DNA from: Verrucomicrobiota bacterium
GTDB taxonomy: Bacteria > Verrucomicrobiota > Verrucomicrobiia > Limisphaerales > UBA9464
Direction of reading: 5' to 3'
NCBI GenBank assembly: GCA_046346705.1
Contig: JAXMHR010000001.1
Coordinates: forward strand, 139,426 to 203,425
Length of the DNA stretch: 64,000 nucleotides
In this document: piece by piece, positions 20,797-31,505 of the stretch
How the letters are laid out: each line of letters opens with the position of its first letter
Position numbering within the stretch: position 1 is the first letter of the stretch
Notes under the pieces: generated by a model
Databases searched by the model: none
Told to the model about the DNA's origin: nothing
The model's input: the letters and a program-made list of their open reading frames with translations, nothing else
Made by a program: the position numbers and the translations under genes

Positions 20797-21708
20797 TCAG
20801 CGCTGTCCCAGCCACTGGCAGGCGTTGGCTACTACAGCAAGGGCGTTGGGGTTGAAATAGACTGGATACGTCTCGTGACCGGGTCGGAAGTAAACCACCT
20901 TCCCCTTGCCCAGATTCCACACCATGCCGCTCCGGAACCATTCACCACTCGCCCACCGTTCCTCCAGGACCACCTCGTCCGGAGGCGGGACGTGGAAGGG
21001 TTCATCGTACATCTCCGTCTGCGGTATCGGAAAGACCGCAGGAAGCCCGCGGGCCATGGGGTGCGCCGGAAGAAGCACCCGAATCTCGGACGGCCTTCCA
21101 TCGCCACGATACGCCGGAAAACAGCAATTGGGCAGGGTGAGCTCAATCTGGACGGGTCCGCCGACCGGCTTGCGGTACAACACCGACGGCGTCAGCCGAT
21201 CGGCATACTTCGGCGCCATGAACGGGCGCGGCATGAGATTGGTTTCCACGAGGATTGCAGTTGCCCGCTCCCCGGGCGGAAGGGCGTCGATGGCATCGCG
21301 CCGTGCGCGTTCGTTCATGGCCTCGACAAAGGGGCGAGACCAGTGGGCCGAATGCAGGGCGATCAGCGAGAGTCGCCCCTCCAGAATGCGGCGGACAATA
21401 TCCCGGGCGACGGGAGGTTCGATTTCCATCTGCCGGACGTGTCCCCACCAGACCAACACGTCCGTGTGATCGAGATCCGCCAATCCCTGTTGCGGGTCGT
21501 CCAAGGCGGCGGATCGCACCGACAGACCGGGGATCGTTTGCAGATGCGCGGCAATCTGATTCCCCAGCCAGTTGGTGTAGGTCTCCTTCTGGCGAGGCTG
21601 ACGTTCATCCCAAACCAGGACCCGCACGAGATCCGCGGACGCCGCGTCCAAGCGCGGGATCAACACCATCCAGGCGAAGCAGAATGCGGCAAACGATCGG
21701 GGAAGCAT
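20797..21708 (-). CDS. ThuA (trehalose utilisation) domain protein, secreted
   Basis: 303 aa with a signal peptide. 'VRVLVWDE', 'DVLVWWGH', 'LIALHSAHWS' and 'GKVVYFRPGHE' are typical ThuA blocks. Confidence 0.65.
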   Translation of the reverse strand: MLPRSFAAFCFAWMVLIPRLDAASADLVRVLVWDERQPRQKETYTNWLGNQIAAHLQTIPGLSVRSAALDDPQQGLADLDHTDVLVWWGHVRQMEIEPPVARDIVRRILEGRLSLIALHSAHWSRPFVEAMNERARRDAIDALPPGERATAILVETNLMPRPFMAPKYADRLTPSVLYRKPVGGPVQIELTLPNCCFPAYRGDGRPSEIRVLLPAHPMARGLPAVFPIPQTEMYDEPFHVPPPDEVVLEERWASGEWFRSGMVWNLGKGKVVYFRPGHETYPVYFNPNALAVVANACQWLGQR

Positions 21709-21903
21709 GGAGACAGCCTAACCCCATACGGGAGCTCAGGGGGAGCCTACAATTGCGAGATCGGAAGCGAAGGTTCGTAGTCCGGGATTTATCCCGTCTT
21801 CACCCCGTCGCTCACCATCACGCCCGATCCACCTGAAGGTGGGACTACGAACGGGAAACGCTCCCCCTCGTCAGCATGGCGTCCGCCATCCATCCATGAT
21901 CCC

Positions 21904-22329
21904 ATGAGCGTCGACATGGACGCTGGCGACACTGCAGATCTTCGTACGGTCTTCGATCAACTGGGGGGTGCCCCCGGATTGAAACGGTTGCTGCAGCACT
22001 TCTACGCCGACGTCCGGCAGGACCACGTTCTAGGTCCCATCTTCAACGCACGAATCCACGATTGGCCCGCACACCTGGAAAAGATCGGGAGCTTTTGGGC
22101 CCGCCAGACTGGAGCGGCATCCAACTACGCCGGAGGATTCGCCGCAGTCCACCTCCCCCTCGGGTTGCAGGAGGAGCATTTCGTCCGTTGGCTTGGACTC
22201 TGGGAACGGAACTGCCGCCAGCATCTGGATCCGGCGCCCGCCGCCTGGATGATCGCCCGGGCGCACGACATCGGAACGCATCTGCGCCGGATTGTGGGTG
22301 GCGCCGCAGGCCTGCAGATCGGTCGGTAA
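21904..22329 (+). CDS. Truncated-hemoglobin-like globin
   Basis: 141 aa. 'FDQLGG...LKRLLQHFYADVRQD..LGPIF', 'HLEKIGSFW' and 'AVHLPLGL..EHFVRWL' fit the group II/III TrHb pattern. Confidence 0.55.
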   Translation: MSVDMDAGDTADLRTVFDQLGGAPGLKRLLQHFYADVRQDHVLGPIFNARIHDWPAHLEKIGSFWARQTGAASNYAGGFAAVHLPLGLQEEHFVRWLGLWERNCRQHLDPAPAAWMIARAHDIGTHLRRIVGGAAGLQIGR

Positions 22330-22468
22330 CGGGAACCCGTTCCCCATTCCCCGGGCGGACAAGTCGGGGAAGCCGTCAGTGAATGTCCGGATCCCCGGGC
22401 GAGTCCCACTTTCAACGCAATTCCGGAGAGATTCGCTTTGATTGAGTCCCGGATTCAGGCACTAGTTT

Positions 22469-25400
22469 TTGCGCATGAACGCCCGCAGGATCTCCACCTT
22501 GGTCCTCCTTGGCCTTGTCGTGTCCACCACGGCAACCGAACCGCTGCGCGCGGCCATTGATGCCTCGAAGCTTCCGCCGCCTGCGGGAACCCCGGTGGAC
22601 TTTGCCCGCGACATCGCGCCGCTGTTTGCGGACCGATGCTACGGATGCCATGGACCCAAGAAGCAGGAGTCGGGGTTGCGCCTCGACGATCCGGCCACCG
22701 CCAAAGTCGGCGGGGAACACGGTCCACTTGTCGTGCCCGGCAATTCCGCGGAATCGATTCTGGTCGCCGTGCTGGCCGGGGCGCACAGCGACCTGGCGCA
22801 AATGCCCAAGAAGGGCGAAAAACTTTCCCCGGAGGAGCTCGGCAGGATCCGGGCCTGGGTGGATCAGGGGGCGTCCTGGCCCGCCTCCACCACCGCCTCC
22901 ACCCAGGTTCGCAAGGATCACTGGGCGTGGAAGCCGCCTATACGCCCCCCGGTTCCAGCAGTCACGGGCGGAATTCCCGTGGGAACCAATCCCATCGATG
23001 CCTTCATCCGAGCCCGCCTGGCGCAGGAGGGACTCAAGCCCGCGCCGCCCTCGGATCGCATCACGCTGCTCCGGCGCGTGTACCTGGACCTCATCGGGCT
23101 TCCGCCGACCCCGGAGCAGGTCGACGCCTTCCTTCGGGATACCTCCCCGGATTCCTACAAGAACGTGGTGGAATCCCTCCTGAAATCCCCGCATTACGGG
23201 GAACGGTGGGGACGCCACTGGCTGGATGCCGCCCGGTACGCGGATTCGGACGGCTTCGAAAAGGACAAGGCCCGGTTCATCTGGGCCTACCGCGACTGGG
23301 TCGTCCAGGCGTTCAACCGCGATCTTCCCTACGACCAATTCATCATCGAGCAACTCGCCGGGGATCTGCTGGAGAACCCCACTCAGGATCAGCGGGTCGC
23401 CACCGGTTTTCTTCGCAACTCGATGCTGAACGAGGAAGGCGGTGCGGATCCGGAACAGTTCCGGATGGACGCGATGTTCGACCGCATGGACGCCATCGGA
23501 AAGAGCATCCTGGGACTGACCATCCAGTGCGGCCAGTGCCACAACCACAAGTTCGATCCGGTCAGCCAGGAGGAATACTACCGGATGTTTGCCTTCCTGA
23601 ACAACGACCACGAGGCATCCATGGTGTCCTACACCCCCGCACAGGACATGAAGCGGGCGGATCATTTGCGGCAGATCCGGGATCTGGAGGAGGGATTGCG
23701 CCACACAACGCCCGGATGGGAACGGCGCCTCCAGCAGTGGGAGGACTCGGTAGCGTCTGACCAACCGGACTGGCAGGTGGTACCCGCCGTGCACGAAGGG
23801 GAACGGGGGGAGCGATTCTACTACTATCCCGACGGATCCATCCGGGCATCGAGTTACGCACCCACCCAATGGACGGCCCATTTTGTCGCCACCAACCAGG
23901 TCGCGGGCATTGCCTCCTTCCGTTTCGAGCAACTTACTGATCCCAACCTCCCGTGTTCCGGCCCCGGCCGCTCCATCTTCGGCATGGCCGCACTGAGCGA
24001 ATTCAAGGTGGAGGCCGCGGACGCAACCAATCCGACAAACAAGGTTCAGGTGAAGTTCGTAAAGGCGACCGCCGATTTCTCCAATCCGGAGCGCCCCCTC
24101 GAACCCGAATTTCAATCCGACAACCGAAAGGCGCAGGGTGGTGACAAGCGCGTGTACGGTCCGGTGGCCATGGCGATTGACGGGAAGGACGACACCGCCT
24201 GGGGCATCGACGCCGGTCCCGGCCGTCGCAACGTCCCGCGGAAGGCGGTCTTCGTTGCCGAGCAACCCTTGCCCTTCACCCACGGTGCGGTGTTGAAGTT
24301 CTCCCTGGTCCAGAACCACGGCGGAGACAATTCCGACGACAACCAGACCCACAACCTCGGGCGCTTCCGTCTGAGCGTCAGCACCTCCACAAACGCCGTC
24401 GCAGACCCCCTGCCCGCCCAGGTTCGGGACATCCTGACCCGCGTGCCTCGGGAACAGCGCACACCAGCGCAGATCGCGACCGTGTTCAGCTATTGGCGGA
24501 CCACAGTTCCCGATTTCAAGGAAACCAACGACAAGATCGAGTCCCTCTGGCGCCAGTGGCCCGAGGGGTCCCCGACCTCAACGCTCGTCGCACGGCGCAA
24601 TCAGGGACCCGGGGACGAAATGCGGACGACCTTCACCCTGAAACGCGGCGACTGGCTCAAGCCGTCCAAGGAGGTCCGTCCGGGAGTTCCGGCCTTCCTA
24701 AATCCGCTGCCCGAAAACGCGGACGACACCCGGCTCACGTTTGCGCGGTGGCTTGTGGACCGAAAGGCCCCCACCACCGCCCGCGTGGCCGTGAACCGAA
24801 TCTGGCAGGCCTACTTCGGCACCGGATTGCTCGAAACCCCCGAGGACTTCGGACTGCAGGCACCCGCGCCCTCGCATCCGGAACTCCTCGACTGGCTCGC
24901 CTGCGAGTTCATGGACTCCGGCTGGAGCCAGAAGGCGTTGCACCGCCTCATCGTCAATTCCGACACCTATCGCCAAAGCAGCCAGGTTACTCCGGATTCT
25001 TATGAGCGCGACCGGTACAACCGTCTGCTGTCCCGCGGACCGCGATTCCGCGTTGAAGGCGAGGTCGTCCGGGACATCGCCCTTTCCGCCAGCGGGCTTC
25101 TGAATCCGGAAATGGGGGGACCCAGCGTCCAACCGCCCGCTCCTGCGTTCCTGTTCCAACCGCCGGCGGCCTACGGCCCGAAAACATGGATCGAAGCAAA
25201 GGGCGCAGACCGGTATCGTCGCGGCATCTACACCTTCCGCTACCGATCAGTCCCGTACCCGTTTCTTGCCGCGTTCGATGCGCCCAACGGGGACTTTTCC
25301 TGCGTGCGTCGGACCCGTTCCAACACCCCGCTGCAGGCGCTTATGACCCTCAACGAAACGTTGTCGATGGAATGCGCTCAGGGGCTCGCCGCCAAGACGC

Positions 25401-25678
25401 TCGCCGAGGGCGGATCCTCTGATGAATCCCGGATCCGGTACGCGTTTCGGAGGGTTTTGTCGCGTCCTCCGACCGACGACGAACATTCCGAATTGAAAGG
25501 CCTGTTGGACCGGCAGCGCCAGCGCATCGCGGACGGCTGGGTCAACCCGTACGAACTCGCCACGGGTAGGAACGAACTCCCCCCGCTTCCGCCCGGCATC
25601 ACACCCACGCAACTGGCGGCCTACACGGTTGTCTCCCGCGTCCTGCTCAACCTCGACGAAACCATCACCAAGGAATAG
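22469..25678 (+). CDS. PSD1-type protein (planctomycete cytochrome c domain + DUF1549 + DUF1553)
   Basis: 1069 aa with a signal peptide. It has the heme motif 'CYGCHGP', a DUF1549-like 'NPIDAFIRARL...RRVYLDLIGLPPT' and a DUF1553-like C-terminal half ('CGQCHNHKFDP', 'FD.P....S..RR..SNTPLQAL'). Confidence 0.85.
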   Translation: MRMNARRISTLVLLGLVVSTTATEPLRAAIDASKLPPPAGTPVDFARDIAPLFADRCYGCHGPKKQESGLRLDDPATAKVGGEHGPLVVPGNSAESILVAVLAGAHSDLAQMPKKGEKLSPEELGRIRAWVDQGASWPASTTASTQVRKDHWAWKPPIRPPVPAVTGGIPVGTNPIDAFIRARLAQEGLKPAPPSDRITLLRRVYLDLIGLPPTPEQVDAFLRDTSPDSYKNVVESLLKSPHYGERWGRHWLDAARYADSDGFEKDKARFIWAYRDWVVQAFNRDLPYDQFIIEQLAGDLLENPTQDQRVATGFLRNSMLNEEGGADPEQFRMDAMFDRMDAIGKSILGLTIQCGQCHNHKFDPVSQEEYYRMFAFLNNDHEASMVSYTPAQDMKRADHLRQIRDLEEGLRHTTPGWERRLQQWEDSVASDQPDWQVVPAVHEGERGERFYYYPDGSIRASSYAPTQWTAHFVATNQVAGIASFRFEQLTDPNLPCSGPGRSIFGMAALSEFKVEAADATNPTNKVQVKFVKATADFSNPERPLEPEFQSDNRKAQGGDKRVYGPVAMAIDGKDDTAWGIDAGPGRRNVPRKAVFVAEQPLPFTHGAVLKFSLVQNHGGDNSDDNQTHNLGRFRLSVSTSTNAVADPLPAQVRDILTRVPREQRTPAQIATVFSYWRTTVPDFKETNDKIESLWRQWPEGSPTSTLVARRNQGPGDEMRTTFTLKRGDWLKPSKEVRPGVPAFLNPLPENADDTRLTFARWLVDRKAPTTARVAVNRIWQAYFGTGLLETPEDFGLQAPAPSHPELLDWLACEFMDSGWSQKALHRLIVNSDTYRQSSQVTPDSYERDRYNRLLSRGPRFRVEGEVVRDIALSASGLLNPEMGGPSVQPPAPAFLFQPPAAYGPKTWIEAKGADRYRRGIYTFRYRSVPYPFLAAFDAPNGDFSCVRRTRSNTPLQALMTLNETLSMECAQGLAAKTLAEGGSSDESRIRYAFRRVLSRPPTDDEHSELKGLLDRQRQRIADGWVNPYELATGRNELPPLPPGITPTQLAAYTVVSRVLLNLDETITKE

Positions 25679-25683
25679 CCCCC

Positions 25684-27132
25684 ATGAAGCGACTCACCCA
25701 CTTTCAGCAGGCCGTCGAGGAACAGCGCCGCGCCACATCCCGACGCTGGTTCTTCCGGGACTGCGGCGTCGGCCTCGGCACCATCGCGCTGCATTCCCTT
25801 CTCTCGGACCGGGCGACCGCGGCGACCGCCTCACCCGCGCTGCCAAATCCGATGGCCCCGAAAAAAGGCCACTTCGAAGGCAAGGCCAAGCGCGTCGTCT
25901 ATCTCTTCATGGCCGGAGCGCCGAGCCATCTCGACCTCTTCGACAACAAGCCCCAGCTGACCAAGTTCAACGGCACGCTGCCTCCCCCGGAACTGCTGAA
26001 GGGTTATCGGGCGGCGTTCATCAATCCCGACGCCACCCTGCTGGGCACGAAGTTCAACTATTCCCGGCACGGGAAGAACGGGATCGAGCTGTCGGAATTG
26101 CTGCCACACCTCGCGGGCGTCGTGGACGACATCACGTTAATCAAGTCGATGCAGACGGACGCCTTCAACCACGCGCCGGCCCAGATCATGATGAACACCG
26201 GCTCCCAGCAGTTTGGACGCCCCAGCTTTGGCGCCTGGACCACCTACGGACTGGGCTCGGAATCGCAGGATCTTCCGGCGTATGTCGTCTTCAGCACCGG
26301 GAGCAAGGGGACCAGCGGCGGAGCCTCCAATTGGGGCCCTGGGTTCCTTCCCACCCAGCACGGAGGCACATTGTTCCGCGGCGGAGCGGAACCTGTACTT
26401 TATCTGGGGAACCCCAAGGGGGTTGATGATGCGCTCCAGAAGGATTCGCTCGAAACCCTGAACCGGCTCAACGCAAAGCGACTGGGCGTGATGGGAGACC
26501 CGGAGATTGCCGCCCGGATCAGCGCATTCGAAATGGCCTATCGGATGCAAAAGGTCGCACCGGAGGTCATGGATATCAGCCGGGAACCCCGCGAGGTGTT
26601 GGAGCAATATGGCGCGGAGCCCGGCAAGAGTTCCTTCGCCAACGCCTGCCTGCTCTCCCGGCGCCTCATCGAGCGCGGGGTCCGATTCGTTCAAATCTTC
26701 CACGAGTCCTGGGACCAGCACGGCGACCTCAAGGGCGGACTCACCCGAAACTGCCAGGCCACGGATCGCCCCAGCGCGGCCCTCGTCCGGGACCTCAAGC
26801 AGCGGGGACTTCTCGACGACACCATCATCATCTGGGGCGGAGAGTTCGGAAGGACCCCCATGGTCCAAGGCGGGAATGACGGGCGCGACCACCACCCCAA
26901 CGGATTCTCCTACTGGGTGGCGGGCGGCGGCTTCAAGCCGGGCATTTCGTGGGGAGAGACCGACGAGCTCGGCTTCAATGCCGCCAAGGACAAGGTTCAC
27001 GTCCATGACTTTCACGCCACGCTGCTGCACCAGTTGGGCTTCAACCACGAAAAGCTGACGTACCGGTTTCAGGGCCGCGATTTCCGGCTGACCGACGTGC
27101 ACGGCGAAGTGGTGACCGGCCTGATCGCCTAA
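25684..27132 (+). CDS. DUF1501 protein (sulfatase/alkaline-phosphatase-like, Tat signal)
   Basis: 482 aa. 'SRRWFFRDCGVGLG' is Tat-like. 'VVYLFMAGAPSHLDLFD', 'WDQHGDL' and 'IIWGGEFGRTP' are DUF1501 hallmarks. It starts 5 nt after the PSD1 stop. Confidence 0.85.
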   Translation: MKRLTHFQQAVEEQRRATSRRWFFRDCGVGLGTIALHSLLSDRATAATASPALPNPMAPKKGHFEGKAKRVVYLFMAGAPSHLDLFDNKPQLTKFNGTLPPPELLKGYRAAFINPDATLLGTKFNYSRHGKNGIELSELLPHLAGVVDDITLIKSMQTDAFNHAPAQIMMNTGSQQFGRPSFGAWTTYGLGSESQDLPAYVVFSTGSKGTSGGASNWGPGFLPTQHGGTLFRGGAEPVLYLGNPKGVDDALQKDSLETLNRLNAKRLGVMGDPEIAARISAFEMAYRMQKVAPEVMDISREPREVLEQYGAEPGKSSFANACLLSRRLIERGVRFVQIFHESWDQHGDLKGGLTRNCQATDRPSAALVRDLKQRGLLDDTIIIWGGEFGRTPMVQGGNDGRDHHPNGFSYWVAGGGFKPGISWGETDELGFNAAKDKVHVHDFHATLLHQLGFNHEKLTYRFQGRDFRLTDVHGEVVTGLIA

Positions 27133-27171
27133 GGATCCCGACCCATCGGAAACAGGGACGGGACTTTCGAC

Positions 27172-27663
27172 TTGGCGCGTTCGCCCGGCTCCCTAACGTG
27201 CCGGCCCATGGCGGCCATCCTCTTCCTCCTGGTTGCCGGAGCGCTGTTGCTGCTCCTGGAACCCATCTTCCCCCACTTCGTCGCCGCCGCGGCGGGCCTC
27301 GTGTGCTGGTCCATAGCCGTTGTCCTGACCTACGCCCGTTTCGGGGCACAGGCTGGACATTGGACTCTCGTGGCGGTCCTCGCCGCAGCGCTTGCAGGAA
27401 CCTGGTGGTATTTGCTGCGCATGCCCACGTCGGGAATCGGACGTCTGGTGCGCTCTGAGCAGGTGACTCCCACTGAAACCGCGGCCAAGAGCCATCTCAT
27501 CCACGCGACTGGAAGGGCGCTGACGCCTTTACGTCCCGGCGGAATGGCCGAGTTCGGTGGCGAACGCGTGGACGTCGTCACCTCGGGTGAACCGGTCGAG
27601 AAGGGACAGGCGGTTTCCGTCGTTTCCGTCGAAGGCTCCCGAATTCTGGTTCGCGCCTCCTGA
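27172..27663 (+). CDS. nfeD: NfeD family membrane protein
   Basis: 163 aa, with N-terminal TM helices and a C-terminal OB-like 'G.A.TPLRPGGMAEFGGERVDVVTSGE.V.KG..V.V'. It lies upstream of floA. Confidence 0.7.
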   Translation: MARSPGSLTCRPMAAILFLLVAGALLLLLEPIFPHFVAAAAGLVCWSIAVVLTYARFGAQAGHWTLVAVLAAALAGTWWYLLRMPTSGIGRLVRSEQVTPTETAAKSHLIHATGRALTPLRPGGMAEFGGERVDVVTSGEPVEKGQAVSVVSVEGSRILVRAS

Positions 27664-27687
27664 AGATTTCCCAAATCACCCAATCGC

Positions 27688-28716
27688 ATGACCCCAATTC
27701 TCGCCGCTCCGGTTGAAACCGGATCCGTTGTCATCATTGCCATCCTCGGGGTCTTCGGACTCGCCGTCCTCTTTCTCCTCGCCAGTTTCGGTGCAGTCTG
27801 GCTCCGCGCCATGGCATCCGGAGCCCCGGTGGGACTAGTCGAACTCCTGGCCCTCCGGCTCCGTGGAATCCCAGTGGGGTTCATCGTGGACAACCGCATC
27901 ACCGCCGTGAAATCTGGTCTTCCCCTGACCATCGACGATCTCTCCACACACTTTCTCGCCGGCGGCAACGTGGACATGGTGGTGCAAGCCTTGATCGCCG
28001 CGCAGCGCGCCGGCATCCACCTCGATTTCAACCGGGCGTGCGCCATTGATCTTGCTACCAAGGGAACCGGAAAAAACGTCCTCGATGCGGTCAAGACGTC
28101 CGTCAATCCCAGGGTCATCGACTGCCCGAATCCCAGCATTGGCAAGGGAACCATCGATGCCGTGGCCAAGGACGGCATTGTGATCAAGGCACGGGCGCGG
28201 GTCACCGTCCGGACCAATCTTGACCGATTTGTGGGCGGTGCCACGGAGGAAACCATCATCGCCCGCGTCGGCGAGGGCATCGTTTCCACGATCGGCTCCG
28301 TGGAGACCTACAAGCTGGTCCTCGAGAATCCGGACCGCATTTCCAAAACCGTCCTCGACAAGGGCCTCGACGCCAACACGGCGTTCGAGATCCTGTCCAT
28401 CGACATCGCCGACGTGGACGTTGGCGAGAATGTCGGCGCCAAACTCCAGGCGGAGCAGGCGGAGGCCAACAAACTCAAGGCCCAGGCCGAGGCGGAGGCC
28501 CGGCGAGCCAACGCGGTGGCGTTGGAACAGGAAAACATCGCCCGGGTCGCCGAGATGCGCTCCCGGGTTGTGGAAGCCGAAGCCCAGGTCCCCCTGGCCC
28601 TGGCCGACGCCTTTCGGAAGGGCAACCTCGGTGCCATGGACTACTATCGGATGAAGAATCTCCAGGCGGACACCTCCATGAGGGAGAACATCGCCAGCGA
28701 ACCGCCGTCCGCCTGA
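27688..28716 (+). CDS. floA: Flotillin-like protein FloA (UPF0365/YqfA)
   Basis: 342 aa. '[25 protein letters not shown]' and '[32 protein letters not shown]' match the FloA family as remembered. Confidence 0.85.
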   Translation: MTPILAAPVETGSVVIIAILGVFGLAVLFLLASFGAVWLRAMASGAPVGLVELLALRLRGIPVGFIVDNRITAVKSGLPLTIDDLSTHFLAGGNVDMVVQALIAAQRAGIHLDFNRACAIDLATKGTGKNVLDAVKTSVNPRVIDCPNPSIGKGTIDAVAKDGIVIKARARVTVRTNLDRFVGGATEETIIARVGEGIVSTIGSVETYKLVLENPDRISKTVLDKGLDANTAFEILSIDIADVDVGENVGAKLQAEQAEANKLKAQAEAEARRANAVALEQENIARVAEMRSRVVEAEAQVPLALADAFRKGNLGAMDYYRMKNLQADTSMRENIASEPPSA

Positions 28717-28741
28717 TCGCCTCTCCGAAGTCGTTTCGGCC

Positions 28742-29434
28742 ATGAGTCCATTCCTTCTTGCCGCGTGGTGGGAGCCCCTGATCCCGGTGGCCGTGGTGGT
28801 CGGGACCCTGATTTTGACCTCGCTCCAGGCCGCCTGGAAGAGGAGCCGGCAACGCACTTCCTCGGAGACACACGAGGAGTTCAGACAGCCGGCCGCCCCC
28901 GAACGATGGGAGGACACCCACCCGTCGCCAGCAATTCCTCGATGGCAGCGTCGTCCCGCCGCAACCCCTTCCCTCTCCGGGACCGTTCGCACAACGTCTC
29001 TGCCCCCCAGCCCCTGGGAACGGGAATTGGAACGAATGCTCGCTCCTTCAACGTCCGCCGCTCCTCCCATTCTCAGCGAAGAACCCGAGACCGAAGTCGT
29101 TTTTCCACGTCTCCTGCCTCCCCTCCTGGCAGGAGTGTCCACCTCAGACCCCGCAACGCTCGAAACCGCAGAAGTCCCGTCCCTTCCCGTCCCAAACCTG
29201 GTCGCCGCCGATGCGCGGGTGGAGCGGGCGGCCACGCTCCAGGAACGGGTGCGGGCCCACTTGAATCTGGTGGACACCTCCGTCGAGCAGGCCCACCCAC
29301 AATCGACGCCGACAATGGAATTCCCCAACGACCGGAGTTCACGTTCCGGTATCCGGCGCCTTCGCAGCATATCCTCGGCCCGACGGGCGTTCGTGGCCGC
29401 TACGGTCTTTGGTCCGCCCCGATCCAATCTCTAG
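28742..29434 (+). CDS. Hypothetical Pro-rich membrane-anchored protein
   Basis: 230 aa with one N-terminal TM helix, then a P/S/E-rich tail. It starts 25 nt after floA. A competing ORF occupies another frame (28765..29457). Confidence 0.35.
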   Translation: MSPFLLAAWWEPLIPVAVVVGTLILTSLQAAWKRSRQRTSSETHEEFRQPAAPERWEDTHPSPAIPRWQRRPAATPSLSGTVRTTSLPPSPWERELERMLAPSTSAAPPILSEEPETEVVFPRLLPPLLAGVSTSDPATLETAEVPSLPVPNLVAADARVERAATLQERVRAHLNLVDTSVEQAHPQSTPTMEFPNDRSSRSGIRRLRSISSARRAFVAATVFGPPRSNL

Positions 29435-29506
29435 CAGCCTCGGCAGGCTCGACGTAGCGCATGCGGATTTGACGGCCCGGAGCTGGGCGGAGCATCCTGA
29501 TCTCGC

Positions 29507-31459
29507 TTGAATCGCCTGCATCTCTTGCACATCGCCATCCTGATGGCGGGAATCGGGTGGACCGCGGCTGCCTCCGGGGAAACGAAAACAAATTCTCCGC
29601 CAACGGACGCGTTCGTGCTGCGTCGCTTCGAATGGATTCCGGGATTCAAAGCCCCGAGGACGTTTGCTCCGCTGGTGCCCCGTTTGTCTCCCATTACGTC
29701 CGTGCAGGACCTGACCATCGCTGGGGAACGACTCTGGCTCTCGGTCCGAACTCCGGCACAAACCAATCCTCCGGACGGAAGCGGCCGGCTGTGGGAGTTC
29801 CACGATCAAGCGCTCATGATGGAACCGGTTGCCGGCCCCTTGGAGCAGCACGTGGTGACCACGCTGTTCGGAAACGGAAACACCCTCTGGATGGGGCTCC
29901 ACGGCGGCATGGCATCGCTGGACATCCCGCGAAATGTCATTCATCCGTACGGTCCGGCCCAGGGAATGATCAGCACGAACATCGCGGGTATCGCCGCCTT
30001 GGACGACACGATCGTGGCCCTGGGACGGATGGGACTGCTGTGGGGCTTGGTACCCGGCACCACCAATTTCACCCGTGCTACAGCGGGAGCCCCCTCCGTC
30101 GACCCCCGTTCTCCCGAACTTTGGAACCACTTTGCAATCTCGGGTGAATGGATGGCGGCCCTCGGCTCGGGATCCCTCGCAGCCCGGCACTCACGATCGC
30201 CCCAATGGATCCCAGTCCGCGACGAACTGGCCAATGGATCCCCCCAGCTTTCGGCCCCGAAATTCTCCAGTATTTGCGGCGACGGGGAGGGCGGATTCTG
30301 GATTGGCAGCGACGCAGGGCTCCATTGGCTGAATCCGGAAAGCAACGTCTGCGAGAACCGATTCTGGACCCCCCAGGTTACCGTTCCCGGAGGATTGGGA
30401 ATGACCGTTGCCCCCGGGTTCAAACCAACGTCCGCGGCCTACGCCATGGCCCAGGAGCGGGTCATGCAAGGCATCCGGGAGCGCATGCGCGACCGGGCCC
30501 GATACGCCCGGGCGAACAGCCGGCTGACGCATCCAGTCTCTCCATACTGGCCCACCAGCCGCCTGCCAGGACCCGTCACAGCCCTTCACCGCGACGAGCG
30601 GTTCCTCTGGGTGGCAACGCGGGAAGGAGCAACCTCCCTCCGTAGCCGGGTGCTCCTGATGCACCAACCGACCCGTCGCTGGATCGGGTGGTTCTCCGTC
30701 GCCGCGCCGGTGAACTGCCTCGGCACAGACCCCCAGCGGCTGTGGGTGGGATGCGACGTGACCCGGTCTCCGGGCGCTCCAGCGTTGTTCGCCGTGGAGA
30801 AGTTCCCCATGACATCGACGCCTCAGGCGCGCTGGGTCAAGGACACCATCCCGACGGAGGAACTCGCCGAACGGCTCGCCGCCCTGCCGGTTCGGGAACG
30901 TGCGGTCCTCGCGTTTTTTGGTGGGGATCCGGCCCGCGTCGTGGAGCTCCTGGCTCCGACCGGCACCGCAGCCGCCGACGCGGATGCCGAGACCCTGTTT
31001 CTCCTCGCGTTCGCCAACGACGCGGTGGGACTCAACAATCCCGATGCCCTGGAACTTTACGTTTCCCGCCTGCGCCAGGAGCACCCGGAATCGGCCTACG
31101 CGGAGCTTGCCGCGTCCGTCCGGAGTGCCCGCCCCGCAGCCACACTTCCTGAGGCGCCGCATTCACCCGCCCCTTCGACCGCTCCAGATCCAAGCCCCAA
31201 ACCGGAGGCGGCACTGCCCGCGGAGTCTTCTCCCGCCAATCCCAAGATCCATGCTTCCCCAGTGTTTGCCTCTCCAGCGGCGGCCGCGGTTCTGGCGAAA
31301 CGCGACCTCGGGAAGGACGGGCGGCTCAATGCCGTTGAATTCCGACTCTGGCTCGGACCACGCGCTGACTTCAAAGCGGCGGACACCAATCAGGACGGAC
31401 AGCTCGACGCGGCCGAGATCGACCGAGTGCTGAGTCAAATCGCCTCCCCCCGGCCTTGA
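29507..31459 (+). CDS. Secreted protein with propeller-like repeats, Pro/Ala-rich linker and C-terminal EF-hand pair
   Basis: 650 aa with a TTG start and a signal peptide. 'GFWIGSDAGLHWL' and 'LWMGLHGG' resemble two-component-regulator propeller blades. The C-terminus has 'DLGKDGRLNAVEF' and 'DTNQDGQLDAAEI' EF-hand loops. Confidence 0.6.
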   Translation: MNRLHLLHIAILMAGIGWTAAASGETKTNSPPTDAFVLRRFEWIPGFKAPRTFAPLVPRLSPITSVQDLTIAGERLWLSVRTPAQTNPPDGSGRLWEFHDQALMMEPVAGPLEQHVVTTLFGNGNTLWMGLHGGMASLDIPRNVIHPYGPAQGMISTNIAGIAALDDTIVALGRMGLLWGLVPGTTNFTRATAGAPSVDPRSPELWNHFAISGEWMAALGSGSLAARHSRSPQWIPVRDELANGSPQLSAPKFSSICGDGEGGFWIGSDAGLHWLNPESNVCENRFWTPQVTVPGGLGMTVAPGFKPTSAAYAMAQERVMQGIRERMRDRARYARANSRLTHPVSPYWPTSRLPGPVTALHRDERFLWVATREGATSLRSRVLLMHQPTRRWIGWFSVAAPVNCLGTDPQRLWVGCDVTRSPGAPALFAVEKFPMTSTPQARWVKDTIPTEELAERLAALPVRERAVLAFFGGDPARVVELLAPTGTAAADADAETLFLLAFANDAVGLNNPDALELYVSRLRQEHPESAYAELAASVRSARPAATLPEAPHSPAPSTAPDPSPKPEAALPAESSPANPKIHASPVFASPAAAAVLAKRDLGKDGRLNAVEFRLWLGPRADFKAADTNQDGQLDAAEIDRVLSQIASPRP

Positions 31460-31505
31460 TCCACCCGCGCCCAGTGCGCACAAGAGGAATCGACGTCCAT
31501 CGGAA